DNA of 32,000 nt from a bacterium. Its GTDB lineage: Bacteria; UBP7; UBA6624; JBBIMK01. Position numbers and translations under genes: made by a program. Under the pieces are notes generated by a model. The model was not told the origin of the DNA and searched no databases. It saw only the letters and a list, made by a program, of their open reading frames with translations. Positions 8,666 through 16,641 of this stretch are shown one piece after another. Each line of letters begins with the position of its first letter. The stretch's first letter is position 1. The DNA is taken from assembly GCA_037444445.1 (NCBI GenBank), contig JBBIMK010000014.1, positions 1-32,000 of the forward strand. Direction: 5' to 3'.

Positions 8666-8679
8666 CCCCCCTAGGGGGG
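8666..8679. repeat. Perfect 14-bp palindrome CCCCCCTAGGGGGG just past the tandem array
   Basis: Read directly: ggtg-ccccccc-ta-gggggg-tgag. Confidence 0.9.
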
Positions 8680-8742
8680 TGAGCCCGTTATTCAAACCCG
8701 TCTGAAGATAAAGTGGTCTATGATGGAAGGAGGGAACGAAGG

Positions 8743-9978
8743 ATGAACTGGATGGATGTGGTGAAAGGAATCTCGGATGCAGGGAGTTGGGTGGCGGGCT
8801 TCTGGAAGAGGGGCCGCACGCCACGCCATCTGTCCGCAGAAAGGCGAGACGCCGGGTTCCGGTTTGAAAATGACGGTCTGGAAGGCTGGACTGCCCAGCA
8901 GTGGCTGAGAGCGTATTCCGCCAGCGCCTGGGTTTATGCCTGCGTTTCAGCCATCACTGCCAACGCCTCCCGGGTGGGGTTCAAAATCTATCGGGAAGAG
9001 CGCCCCTCCGGTGGCGGAGCGCGGGATGAAAGCCGCGGGAAGCCATCGTGGGTGGAAGTACCGGAATCTCACCCTGCCTGGAAGGTGCTGTATCAGCCGA
9101 ATCCGAATATGAGTTTCCCGGAACTACTGGAAGCCACGGTGGGGTATCTGGAATTAACGGGGCGAGCCTTCTGGGAAGTGGTGGGGCTGACGGTGCCGCT
9201 GGAGATTTATGTCCTCCGCCCCGACCGGATGAAGCCCATCCCTTCCAGCCAGGCCCTCATCGGGGGGTGGGAATATACGGTGAACTCCGCCCCTGATGGA
9301 GGTGTGAAATTCAAGCCCGACGAAATCATTGCCTTCCGGTATTTCTCACCCTGGAGCGAAGCAGAAGGAGTGGGGGCCGTCCGCCCTCTCCTGAACTCCC
9401 TCCTGATGGATTTCTATACCGTGGCATACAACCGGGACTATTTCAAGAAAGGAACTAACATTTCCGGCTATTTCTTCACCGAGAAGGAGTTAGGCGAGCC
9501 CGCACTCAGACGCTTGAAAGCGGAGATTGAATCCAGTTATTCCGGCATTCACGGTTTCTACAAGCCCCCCATCCTCTTCGGCGGGCTGGAATACCGCTCC
9601 CTCTCCTCCACCCCGAAAGATATGGCATTCAAAGAACTCCGGGAGGACATCCGGAAGGACATCCTCGCTGTCTTCCATGTTCCCCCCATTATGCTGGGGC
9701 TGGAGACCGCCAATTACGCCACCGCCCGAGAGCAGAAAGCCACCTTCTGGCGTGAAACTATGGTGCCGAAACTGAACAAAATCGCCGAAAAAATCAATCA
9801 GAAACTGATGCCACCCTTTGAACAACTCCTCGGCGAACGATTGTGGTTCACCTTTGACTATGCCAGTATTGATGCCTTCACCGAAGACTACGGGAAGAAG
9901 GTGGACACGGCGCTGAAGTTACAGAACCTGGGCGTCCCACTGGAAGCCATCAACCGCCGTTTAGAACTCGGCCTGTAG
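8743..9978 (+). CDS. Phage portal protein, HK97 family (Phage_portal-like), orphan
   Basis: ATG 8743 is preceded by GGAAGGAGGG; the ORF track starts at GTG 8713. There is portal-like conservation along the whole length ('GRAFWEVV', 'VLRPDRM', 'IIAFRYFSPW', 'NRDYFKKG', 'VFHVPPIMLG', 'ATFWRETMVPKLNKI'). This was recognised by eye. Confidence 0.8.
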   Translation: MNWMDVVKGISDAGSWVAGFWKRGRTPRHLSAERRDAGFRFENDGLEGWTAQQWLRAYSASAWVYACVSAITANASRVGFKIYREERPSGGGARDESRGKPSWVEVPESHPAWKVLYQPNPNMSFPELLEATVGYLELTGRAFWEVVGLTVPLEIYVLRPDRMKPIPSSQALIGGWEYTVNSAPDGGVKFKPDEIIAFRYFSPWSEAEGVGAVRPLLNSLLMDFYTVAYNRDYFKKGTNISGYFFTEKELGEPALRRLKAEIESSYSGIHGFYKPPILFGGLEYRSLSSTPKDMAFKELREDIRKDILAVFHVPPIMLGLETANYATAREQKATFWRETMVPKLNKIAEKINQKLMPPFEQLLGERLWFTFDYASIDAFTEDYGKKVDTALKLQNLGVPLEAINRRLELGL

Positions 9979-10012
9979 TGGTATTTTGTAAGGGCCCGGA
10001 CTCAAGGGGAAT

Positions 10013-10786
10013 TCAGTAGGCTTCGGACAGCAGGGAAGCCATCTCGTAGAAGTTCAAGTGGAAGGGACCCGGGTGGGTTGCCAGTGAAGAGCCCCGGCGG
10101 AGGAGTTCCTTCCTCGGAATGGGCTGGCTCTTCTGGGCTGTTAGTATTACATTCAAACTGGATTTTACATGAAACAGATAGACGGCGGGAAAGAGTTGTC
10201 TCAGGGTTTCCACCTTCAGGCGTGTGGATTCTGCCCAGGCAGTGCCGGTGAGGTTCTGAATGAGCATCCCACGGTCCAGAAGATGTTCGTAAATCATCCC
10301 ATAAAACTCCGGAGTGGTGAGATGGGCGGGGGAGCCGGAAACTCCACCCGTAATCACGAAAGCATCGTGTATGATGGCGGAATACAGAGTGGTAGAAGTG
10401 CGTAAAAACTCAAAGGCGTCGGATGGGTAGACCTTCAAGTGGTCATCTTCCGCCACGGCGAAGTATTTCCGAGCAATCTCAATCACTACAGGGTCAATCT
10501 CTACTACATCTAAAAAAGCACCGGGATAATGCCTGCGATAGACCTTGGGTCCGGTTCCACCCCCCAGGCCAATGAAAAGCACTCTGTGGAGGGGTAGTTC
10601 AAACAGAAGCGGGAGATGGAAGAAGTCGGTGTATTCAAAACCCCCTGCAGCCGGGTCGGAAACGGACATACTGGACTGCTCCGTGTGGTCAAACTTCAGG
10701 ATTCGGGTGTCTCCTCTCTCCACCACGGCGATATGGTGATAGCGGGATTTTTCAAGGTGAAGGATTTTTTCCAAATTACTCTTCAC
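10013..10786 (-). CDS. Spermidine/spermine synthase-like protein (class I SAM-dependent fold)
   Basis: 'YHHIAVVE..TRILKFD' N-terminal strand motif, 'VLFIGLGGGTGP' nucleotide loop and 'VVEIDPVVIEIARKYF'. The long ORF (to 10861) overlaps lnt. GTG 10786 (GGGAGG adjacent) or TTG 10774 are more plausible starts, coupled to the lnt stop at 10776. Confidence 0.7.
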   Translation of the reverse strand: MKSNLEKILHLEKSRYHHIAVVERGDTRILKFDHTEQSSMSVSDPAAGGFEYTDFFHLPLLFELPLHRVLFIGLGGGTGPKVYRRHYPGAFLDVVEIDPVVIEIARKYFAVAEDDHLKVYPSDAFEFLRTSTTLYSAIIHDAFVITGGVSGSPAHLTTPEFYGMIYEHLLDRGMLIQNLTGTAWAESTRLKVETLRQLFPAVYLFHVKSSLNVILTAQKSQPIPRKELLRRGSSLATHPGPFHLNFYEMASLLSEAY

Positions 10787-12344
10787 GCCTCCCGACGGGA
10801 GCAACGAAAGCGAAGGCGATGGCGCCAAACAGCCACGGCAGGACATCTCCGTGACGAACATAAAAGGTGGTGGAAGGACGGAGGAAAACAGGTTTCGTTT
10901 CCACGGCGGTAGTGAACTGGGGGAGGCGGGTGAGGAACCGTCCCGCCGGGTCTATGATGGTGGAGATTCCGCCGGTGCCGGCACGGGCGAAATACAGCCC
11001 CGTCTCCACCGGTCGGAACACCTCAAAAGAAATCATCTGAACCGTGGCAGGCGAGTCTTGAAACCACGAAGAGTTGGTGCCGGAAATCAGAAGTTGAGCA
11101 CCCCGACGGGCGAACTCCCGTGCCTCTTCAGGAAAAAGAGTTTCAAAACATACCAGGGCCCCCACGGGAAATGGACCGCACCCTTCTACCCCTCCACGAC
11201 ATCCCGACGGAGTGAAGGACAGAAGATGATACGAGTTCCCCGGGGTGATGTCCTGGCTTCCCCAGGGATACTGGGGAAGCCAGCGGGTGACCCACTTTCT
11301 GAGGGGAACAAATTCACCAAATGGAACTAACCTGCGCTTCTCCTCCCGCTCCTTCCGCCCGTCAGTATTCAGAAGAAAGAAGCCCGCATAGATTTTTGGC
11401 TGTTCAGAGTAGAGGTCATCCACACCTAACGCTCCGTAAGCCAGCGCCATTTTCTTTCCCTTCATCCACTGCCGAACCATCGTATCTAACGAGGAGCCGG
11501 GATAGTCGGAATCTTCGGCGAAAGATTCCGGGAAAATCAGAAGGTCCGCCTTCTGCTTCTCCGCTTGATGCAGGAGGGAGTGATATTCGTTCAGGACTGT
11601 TTTCTTCTGTTGTTCTGACCACCGTCCGGTGGTGATAAACCGGCTCTGCCCCACCGCCACCCGCACAGGGACACCGGTGAAAGTGGAAACCTTCAGGCGA
11701 ACAGCGCCGAAGGAAAAGACTACGAGGAAGAGGGCAAAGGGAAGAGAAGCCAGAGCCCATTCCCTGCCACCCGCTCCCGGTTCCTTCTGAAGCAACTTCG
11801 CCAGCAGGAAGGCAAGAAAAATAATGCCCGCATTCACGAAAACTATAAGGGCTACTACACCATAAATCCCTGTAATGGAAGAAATTTGAATGATGGGCAG
11901 GAAATTCCATTGGCTATGCGCCAGGTTACTCCACGGGAAACCCCGCACGCCCATGGCTTTGAAAAACTCATAAAAGGTCCAGGTGAGTGGGGCAAGGGCA
12001 ATTAGCCTCTTCGGCTCCCTGCCCACCAGTATTTTCAGCCAGGAAAAATGCAATACCGCATACCCGCCATCAATGATGAACAGACCGGCGAGATAGGCAG
12101 GAAGCTGGTAGACCATCAGCCAGCGTAACAGGATTGAATGAAAAACAGAGGAAAACAGAAACGCCCCCGCCATCACCCTCCGAATAGACTGCGTGAGGAG
12201 AAAGTAAAACCAGGGAACCACAGCCACCCAGGCAAGAAAGAACAGGGAATAAGGGGGAAAGGAAAGGGCTAAAAGAACGCCAGAAATCACGGGCAAAAGG
12301 AACCACCCCGGATGGGTAACACCCTGCCAGCCTCTTCCCTTCAT
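10776..12344 (-). CDS. lnt: Apolipoprotein N-acyltransferase
   Basis: Polytopic N-terminal domain ('LALSFPPYSLFFLAWVAVVPWF'). C-terminal CN-hydrolase domain with 'LLIFPES' (Glu) and 'LVCFETLFPE' (Cys). Confidence 0.88.
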   Translation of the reverse strand: MKGRGWQGVTHPGWFLLPVISGVLLALSFPPYSLFFLAWVAVVPWFYFLLTQSIRRVMAGAFLFSSVFHSILLRWLMVYQLPAYLAGLFIIDGGYAVLHFSWLKILVGREPKRLIALAPLTWTFYEFFKAMGVRGFPWSNLAHSQWNFLPIIQISSITGIYGVVALIVFVNAGIIFLAFLLAKLLQKEPGAGGREWALASLPFALFLVVFSFGAVRLKVSTFTGVPVRVAVGQSRFITTGRWSEQQKKTVLNEYHSLLHQAEKQKADLLIFPESFAEDSDYPGSSLDTMVRQWMKGKKMALAYGALGVDDLYSEQPKIYAGFFLLNTDGRKEREEKRRLVPFGEFVPLRKWVTRWLPQYPWGSQDITPGNSYHLLSFTPSGCRGGVEGCGPFPVGALVCFETLFPEEAREFARRGAQLLISGTNSSWFQDSPATVQMISFEVFRPVETGLYFARAGTGGISTIIDPAGRFLTRLPQFTTAVETKPVFLRPSTTFYVRHGDVLPWLFGAIAFAFVAPVGRREE

Positions 12345-12435
12345 CCAATCACACTATAACACAAAAGGAGTTCCGCCTGCCCGGCGTAAGGGGGCTTTCA
12401 TTTTTATCGGGGGAAGGATTCCCTGCCCCTGCACC

Positions 12436-12771
12436 CTATTCCCGGATGCTGGCAATTTCCTCAATCTTTGCGGCGAGGATGAAGTCGTTCTCCGAAAGCC
12501 CGCCAATGGCGTGAGTCCAGAGGTCAAATCGCACCCGACTGTAGAAAATATGGATGTCCGGATGGTGCCCTTCTTCCTCCGCTACTTCCCCCACCCGGTT
12601 CACGAACCTCAGGGCATCCTGAAAATTCTTGAATTGATATTCCTTCGTAATCCACCTCTCCTTTAGACTCCAGCCAGGCACCTGAGAAAGGAACATCTGC
12701 GCCTGGCTTTCGCTCAGGGGTGGAACTCCGCCCTCACAGGGAATACATTTCTTCTTTGTCAGGTCGCTCAC
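12436..12771 (-). CDS. Pterin-4-alpha-carbinolamine dehydratase
   Basis: 'CIPCEGG..PL', 'EEGHHPDI', 'LWTHAIGGLSENDF' are characteristic of the PCD/DCoH family. GTG start with AGAAGGAGGGGAG upstream. Confidence 0.9.
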   Translation of the reverse strand: MSDLTKKKCIPCEGGVPPLSESQAQMFLSQVPGWSLKERWITKEYQFKNFQDALRFVNRVGEVAEEEGHHPDIHIFYSRVRFDLWTHAIGGLSENDFILAAKIEEIASIRE

Positions 12772-12801
12772 CTTTTCTCTCCCCTCCTTCTAACCGCTTC
12801 C

Positions 12802-12809
12802 ATTATACA
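12802..12809 (-). promoter_or_regulatory. Extended -10 promoter element (TGTATAAT) upstream of the pterin dehydratase gene
   Basis: The reverse complement of 12802-12809 reads TGTATAAT, about 30 nt upstream of the start codon. Confidence 0.45.
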
Positions 12810-12870
12810 ACTGCCTCACTTTCAGGAGCATCCGAACCCGGGCGGAGTGATTTTCATTTCCCCCCTTCCC

Positions 12871-13926
12871 TCAGGGAGAGGAAAGGACTCCGGAGGAGAT
12901 GTGGAAGGTAGCCACAGGCACATCTATGCTTTTGGGCAGGGCGTCAGGAGTGAGGGCAGAAAGAAAAGCCTGACGGGTGCGGAGTATGTCCTTCAGGCGG
13001 GAAACACCTCTCTCATCCAGTTCGCTGAATGGGTCGTCCAATACAAGGATTGCCTCCTCTTCTGTTCTGGCTTCCAGAAAGGCGAGTTCCGCCAGTTTCA
13101 GCTGGAACAGGAGTAGCCTTTTCTGCCCTCTGGAGGCGAAGGCTCTGGCGCTCTTGCCCTGGAAGGTGAACTCCAGTTCATCCCGATGGGGTCCAATGGG
13201 CACAGCCATGCCCGTGAATTCCTTCTGCAGACGCTGGAACATTTCTTCCCGATACGATACTTTCGGATAGAAAGCCATCTTCAACTGAAGACCGCAGGGG
13301 CTCTCCTCCTGACCGCTGAAAGCCTTCTTGAACCTGGAGAAGAGAGCCATTTTTCGGTTCGTCAGCCGTTCCGCTGATAAAGCCACTTGATGGTGAATGG
13401 CCGTCAGGAGAGCCGAGGAGGAGGGCTGGCGCTTGATGGCCGCTTTCCGATGAAGAAGAATGCGTCGGTAAGTGCGAAGTCGCTGGGCATAATCCGGGTC
13501 AGCGGCGGAGAAGAGGGTGTCCAGATACTGACGACGGAGGGCTGGCGAGCCATCCACGAGATTGTAATTCTCCGGTGAAAAATAGATGGCAGGGAACTGA
13601 TGACGGTAGTCGGCGTAAGAGGGAGGACGACGGGAGTTCACCAGCGCCCCAACGCCCCGAACATCAATCCGAATTACAGCGGACTTCACTCCCTCCTGAG
13701 TGTCTACGCTCTGCTGGAGAATGGCGAAGGATTGACCGTGTTGTATCAGGTCCCCTCTACGGGCACCCCGAAAACTATTCAGCCCCTGCAAATAATACAC
13801 CCCCTCCAGCACATTCGTCTTCCCCGCCCCATTCTCTCCGTAGACCAGATTTATCCCGGACACAGGCTTCATCTCCGCCCAGGATATGTTCCGAAAGTGC
13901 TGAAGCCGGAGCCCTCTAACCCTCAA
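12871..13926 (-). CDS. recF: DNA replication/repair protein RecF
   Basis: 'GENGAGKTNVLEG' Walker A and 'LVLDDPFSELD' Walker B region. The TTG start overlaps the dnaN stop by 11 nt, the canonical dnaN-recF arrangement. Confidence 0.92.
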   Translation of the reverse strand: MRVRGLRLQHFRNISWAEMKPVSGINLVYGENGAGKTNVLEGVYYLQGLNSFRGARRGDLIQHGQSFAILQQSVDTQEGVKSAVIRIDVRGVGALVNSRRPPSYADYRHQFPAIYFSPENYNLVDGSPALRRQYLDTLFSAADPDYAQRLRTYRRILLHRKAAIKRQPSSSALLTAIHHQVALSAERLTNRKMALFSRFKKAFSGQEESPCGLQLKMAFYPKVSYREEMFQRLQKEFTGMAVPIGPHRDELEFTFQGKSARAFASRGQKRLLLFQLKLAELAFLEARTEEEAILVLDDPFSELDERGVSRLKDILRTRQAFLSALTPDALPKSIDVPVATFHISSGVLSSP

Positions 13927-15052
13927 TGGATGGATGCTTCACGGGCATCAGATAATACCGACTTTTCCCCTCTCCCACAGGTGAAAACACACAAACACTC
14001 GTCGTATCTTTATACGCAATATTCACCTGCTCCTCTGAAAGGGTCATCAGATAATCCATCACATATTTACAATTCAGAGCCAGCGTTTTCCCTTCCCCCT
14101 TCAGCGTTCCCGCCAGGGTTTCCCTTCCCTTCCCAAGGGTTTCCGATTCCACCTCAATCACCCCTTCCCTGTCCGTAAACGAGAAAAGAGCGATATAAGC
14201 CCTTGCTTGCGACCGGGTCAGGGTCACCACCCGGGAAAGCGCCTTCACCATTTCCTCCCGCTTCAATGTGAAGGTATGTGGCGTTTCCCTCTGCATAATG
14301 GATTCATAATCCGGGTAAGCCATATTGAGTAGCGAGACATAATACTCAAACTCCGGGAACAAGAATCGGGCGAACTTCTCCCCCACACTGATTTCTATCC
14401 TCGTATCATCATCGGGCAAGATACGCGCCAGCGCTCTCACCCCCTCCGAGTCCAGGATACTCTTCCCCTCCTTCTCCACCGCCACCTTCTCCTCACACAT
14501 CGCCAGGCGGAACCCATCCGTAGTTACGATACGCAGTGCACCCGGCAACTGATGCCACAGAACTCCACGACTATAATCCACCTCCCTTTCACCCGTCGTA
14601 GGGAAGATAGCCTGCTCCAGCATCCTCTTCAGATTCGCCCCTTCAAACTCATACTGAAAAACTGGCAACTCCTTCCCGAATGGAAACTCCGCCACCTCCT
14701 CCTCCGACAGGCCACGGAGGGAATACTTTGCCACAGGGCATTCCACATCCAGTTCATCCTCACTCTTCACGCCAAGAGTCACATCGCCTTCCATCTTGCT
14801 GACCAGGTCACGGAACTCGCGAATAGGGACAGCCACCGTAGCGGGCAGAGGGTCCACCTTCTTCCCTTCAGGCGAGTAATAAAACCTCACAGCACTCTCC
14901 TGCCCGAAAGATTCAAACACCACCATCTTCTCCTGAGGCTTCAGAGAAACGAAAGGCTGTTCAGGAAAAAGGGCTCTCGCCCCACGGCTCACCACACTCG
15001 CCACATCCAGAATCTCCTGAAGTTTCCCCGCTGAAAATTTCAACCTGACCAT
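13916..15052 (-). CDS. dnaN: DNA polymerase III beta sliding clamp
   Basis: 378 aa from ATG 15052, with AAGGAGGGG 7 nt upstream. N-terminus 'MVRLKFSAGKLQEIL' and C-terminus 'LNCKYVMDYL...YYLMPVK' are typical of beta clamps. The gene lies immediately upstream of recF. Confidence 0.9.
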   Translation of the reverse strand: MVRLKFSAGKLQEILDVASVVSRGARALFPEQPFVSLKPQEKMVVFESFGQESAVRFYYSPEGKKVDPLPATVAVPIREFRDLVSKMEGDVTLGVKSEDELDVECPVAKYSLRGLSEEEVAEFPFGKELPVFQYEFEGANLKRMLEQAIFPTTGEREVDYSRGVLWHQLPGALRIVTTDGFRLAMCEEKVAVEKEGKSILDSEGVRALARILPDDDTRIEISVGEKFARFLFPEFEYYVSLLNMAYPDYESIMQRETPHTFTLKREEMVKALSRVVTLTRSQARAYIALFSFTDREGVIEVESETLGKGRETLAGTLKGEGKTLALNCKYVMDYLMTLSEEQVNIAYKDTTSVCVFSPVGEGKSRYYLMPVKHPSIEG

Positions 15053-15082
15053 TTTCTTCCCCTCCTTTTTTTCCATTGCCAC

Positions 15083-15380
15083 TTTTGTATTCTAACTCTA
15101 AATCATAAAAAAATAATAGAGAATAATAAAAATGTGTGTGGAAATTGTGCAAAACACGCGAATACCAGTTCACAACGATAAAAGATGAACAAGAACATTG
15201 TGCAAAAGATGGGGAAGCATTCTGGAAAACCACTGGAAAAAATAAAAGGGTATGCAATCCACTGAATATCTTCAATCTATTCGCAGTTTATCCTATAACT
15301 TTTCCACAGGAATTCCCCTTAAAATCCACTTCAGGAATAGCGGAGCACAGGGTGGCACCACTGGTATAATATACTCAAGG
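15083..15380. other. Candidate chromosomal replication origin (AT-rich tract plus DnaA-box-like 9-mers) upstream of dnaN
   Basis: AT-rich run at 15097-15133. TTTTCCACA at 15300-15308 (1 mismatch to TTATCCACA). TGTGGAAAT at 15137-15145 and TGTGCAAAA at 15146-15154 and 15199-15207 (2 mismatches to TGTGGATAA). Three further ATCCAC cores. Divergent gene orientation on either side. Confidence 0.4.
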
Positions 15381-15995
15381 ATGGAGAAGATACCCGGGAT
15401 AGTTCTCGCGGCGGGTCCTTCTACCCGTTTTCCGGATGTGAAAACAAAACTTTTACAGCCCTTTCGCGGGCGAACCCTCATTTATGCCACGGTTCAAAAT
15501 GCCCTGCAATCCTCACTGGAATCGGTGTTGGTCGTATGCGGGTATCAATATGAAGGGATTCTGGATGCTTTATTAGGGCTGATTTCCGACCCCCGCCTGC
15601 AAATCCTGTATAATCCTGACTGGCGAGAGGGACGCTCCACTTCCGTTGCTACAGGTGTGAAAGCCATTAAGCCGGAAACGGAATATGTTCTGTTCATCCC
15701 CGGCGATATGCCCCTGATTTCTCCTTCCCTGATTAACTCGTTACTGAAGGAAACGGAAATCCATCCTTCTGCTCCCCTTTACTTCCCGATTTACGGAGAA
15801 GGGAAGAAGGGTAACCCCATCATCTATCACCGGAGGGTCCTCCCGGAACTCCTTACTATCAGCGGAGATGTTTCCGGCTATGAACTGGTGTTGAAATACT
15901 TTGACCGGGCGGTCAAATACCCCCTTCGTTCACCAGAGACCCAGTTGAACATCAATACCTTAGAGGATTATCAGGCTCTACTGGCGATGAAATAA
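15381..15995 (+). CDS. MobA/MocA-like nucleotidyltransferase (molybdenum cofactor nucleotidyltransferase family)
   Basis: 'GIVLAAGPSTRF' N-terminal nucleotide-binding loop, 'REGRSTSVATGV' and 'FIPGDMPLI'. ATG 15381 follows a TATAAT at 15365-15370; the ORF track start 15252 lies in the AT-rich intergenic region. Confidence 0.75.
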   Translation: MEKIPGIVLAAGPSTRFPDVKTKLLQPFRGRTLIYATVQNALQSSLESVLVVCGYQYEGILDALLGLISDPRLQILYNPDWREGRSTSVATGVKAIKPETEYVLFIPGDMPLISPSLINSLLKETEIHPSAPLYFPIYGEGKKGNPIIYHRRVLPELLTISGDVSGYELVLKYFDRAVKYPLRSPETQLNINTLEDYQALLAMK

Positions 15996-16035
15996 TGTCA
16001 CCATTTGGGGTCAGACCCCAAAATCTCAGTTATTT
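15990..16035 (+). repeat. Quasi-palindromic intergenic element, copy A
   Basis: AAATAATGTCACCATTTGGGGTCAGACCCCAAAATCTCAGTTATTT, with core hairpin TTTGGGG-TCAGA-CCCCAAA. It contains the stop codon of the upstream gene. Confidence 0.9.
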
Positions 16036-16038
16036 GGG

Positions 16039-16641
16039 CTATGGGGGTTCGGCTTCGCCCTTACCCTCGCCTTCGCTCGTTTCTGTGACGGCTTCCAGGC
16101 GGGAGAGATTCTCTAAGGCGAGGGCATTGTTTGGGTCCTCTTCCAGGATTCTGCGGAATTGATACTTCGCCTCCTCGTTTCTGCCGAGGCGTGCATACGC
16201 CACCCCCAGGTCGTTCCAGGCTTCCAGGTGGGTGGCGTCCAGGCGGTGGGCTTCTATCAGGTGGCGGAGAGCAGAATCGTGCTGTGCGAGGGAAGTGTAG
16301 ATTTTCCCCAGAAGGTAATGAGCCACAAAGTGGGGCTTCGTGTCCAGTGAGGTGCATTCTAAGGCTCTTTTCAGGGAAGCCATAGACTCCGTGGTGGAGC
16401 CTTTTTCCATCAGGGCAAGCCCCAGGTTGGCGTGGGCGCGGGCATTTTCCGGGTCCCTCTCCGCTGCCTCGGTGAGATAACGGATGGCGTTATCCAGATG
16501 GGAAGCGTTATTCTCTAATTCAAACAGGAGCAGGTACAGGTCGCCGACCGCCTTCCAATCCTCTCCGGAGGAGTTCGGCGTGAGGTCGTGCTCCAGGGCT
16601 TCAATTTGCTGGAGAATCTGGTCACGGTCCATGACTTCCAT
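16039..16641 (-). CDS. Tetratricopeptide-repeat protein
   Basis: Repeated TPR consensus ('[13 protein letters not shown]', '[22 protein letters not shown]', '[18 protein letters not shown]'). ATG 16641 has AGGAGGTGG 9 nt upstream. It overlaps the maeB 3' end by 20 nt. Confidence 0.8.
   Translation of the reverse strand: MEVMDRDQILQQIEALEHDLTPNSSGEDWKAVGDLYLLLFELENNASHLDNAIRYLTEAAERDPENARAHANLGLALMEKGSTTESMASLKRALECTSLDTKPHFVAHYLLGKIYTSLAQHDSALRHLIEAHRLDATHLEAWNDLGVAYARLGRNEEAKYQFRRILEEDPNNALALENLSRLEAVTETSEGEGKGEAEPP

Noticed and set aside
8117-8824. ORFs 8117..8449, 8349..8705 and 8459..8674 (+) and 8552..8824 (-) drawn across the tandem repeats
   Set aside because: The 110-bp period is not divisible by 3, so each unit is read in a different frame. 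The repetitive peptides are by-products of the DNA repeat, and no RBS was seen.
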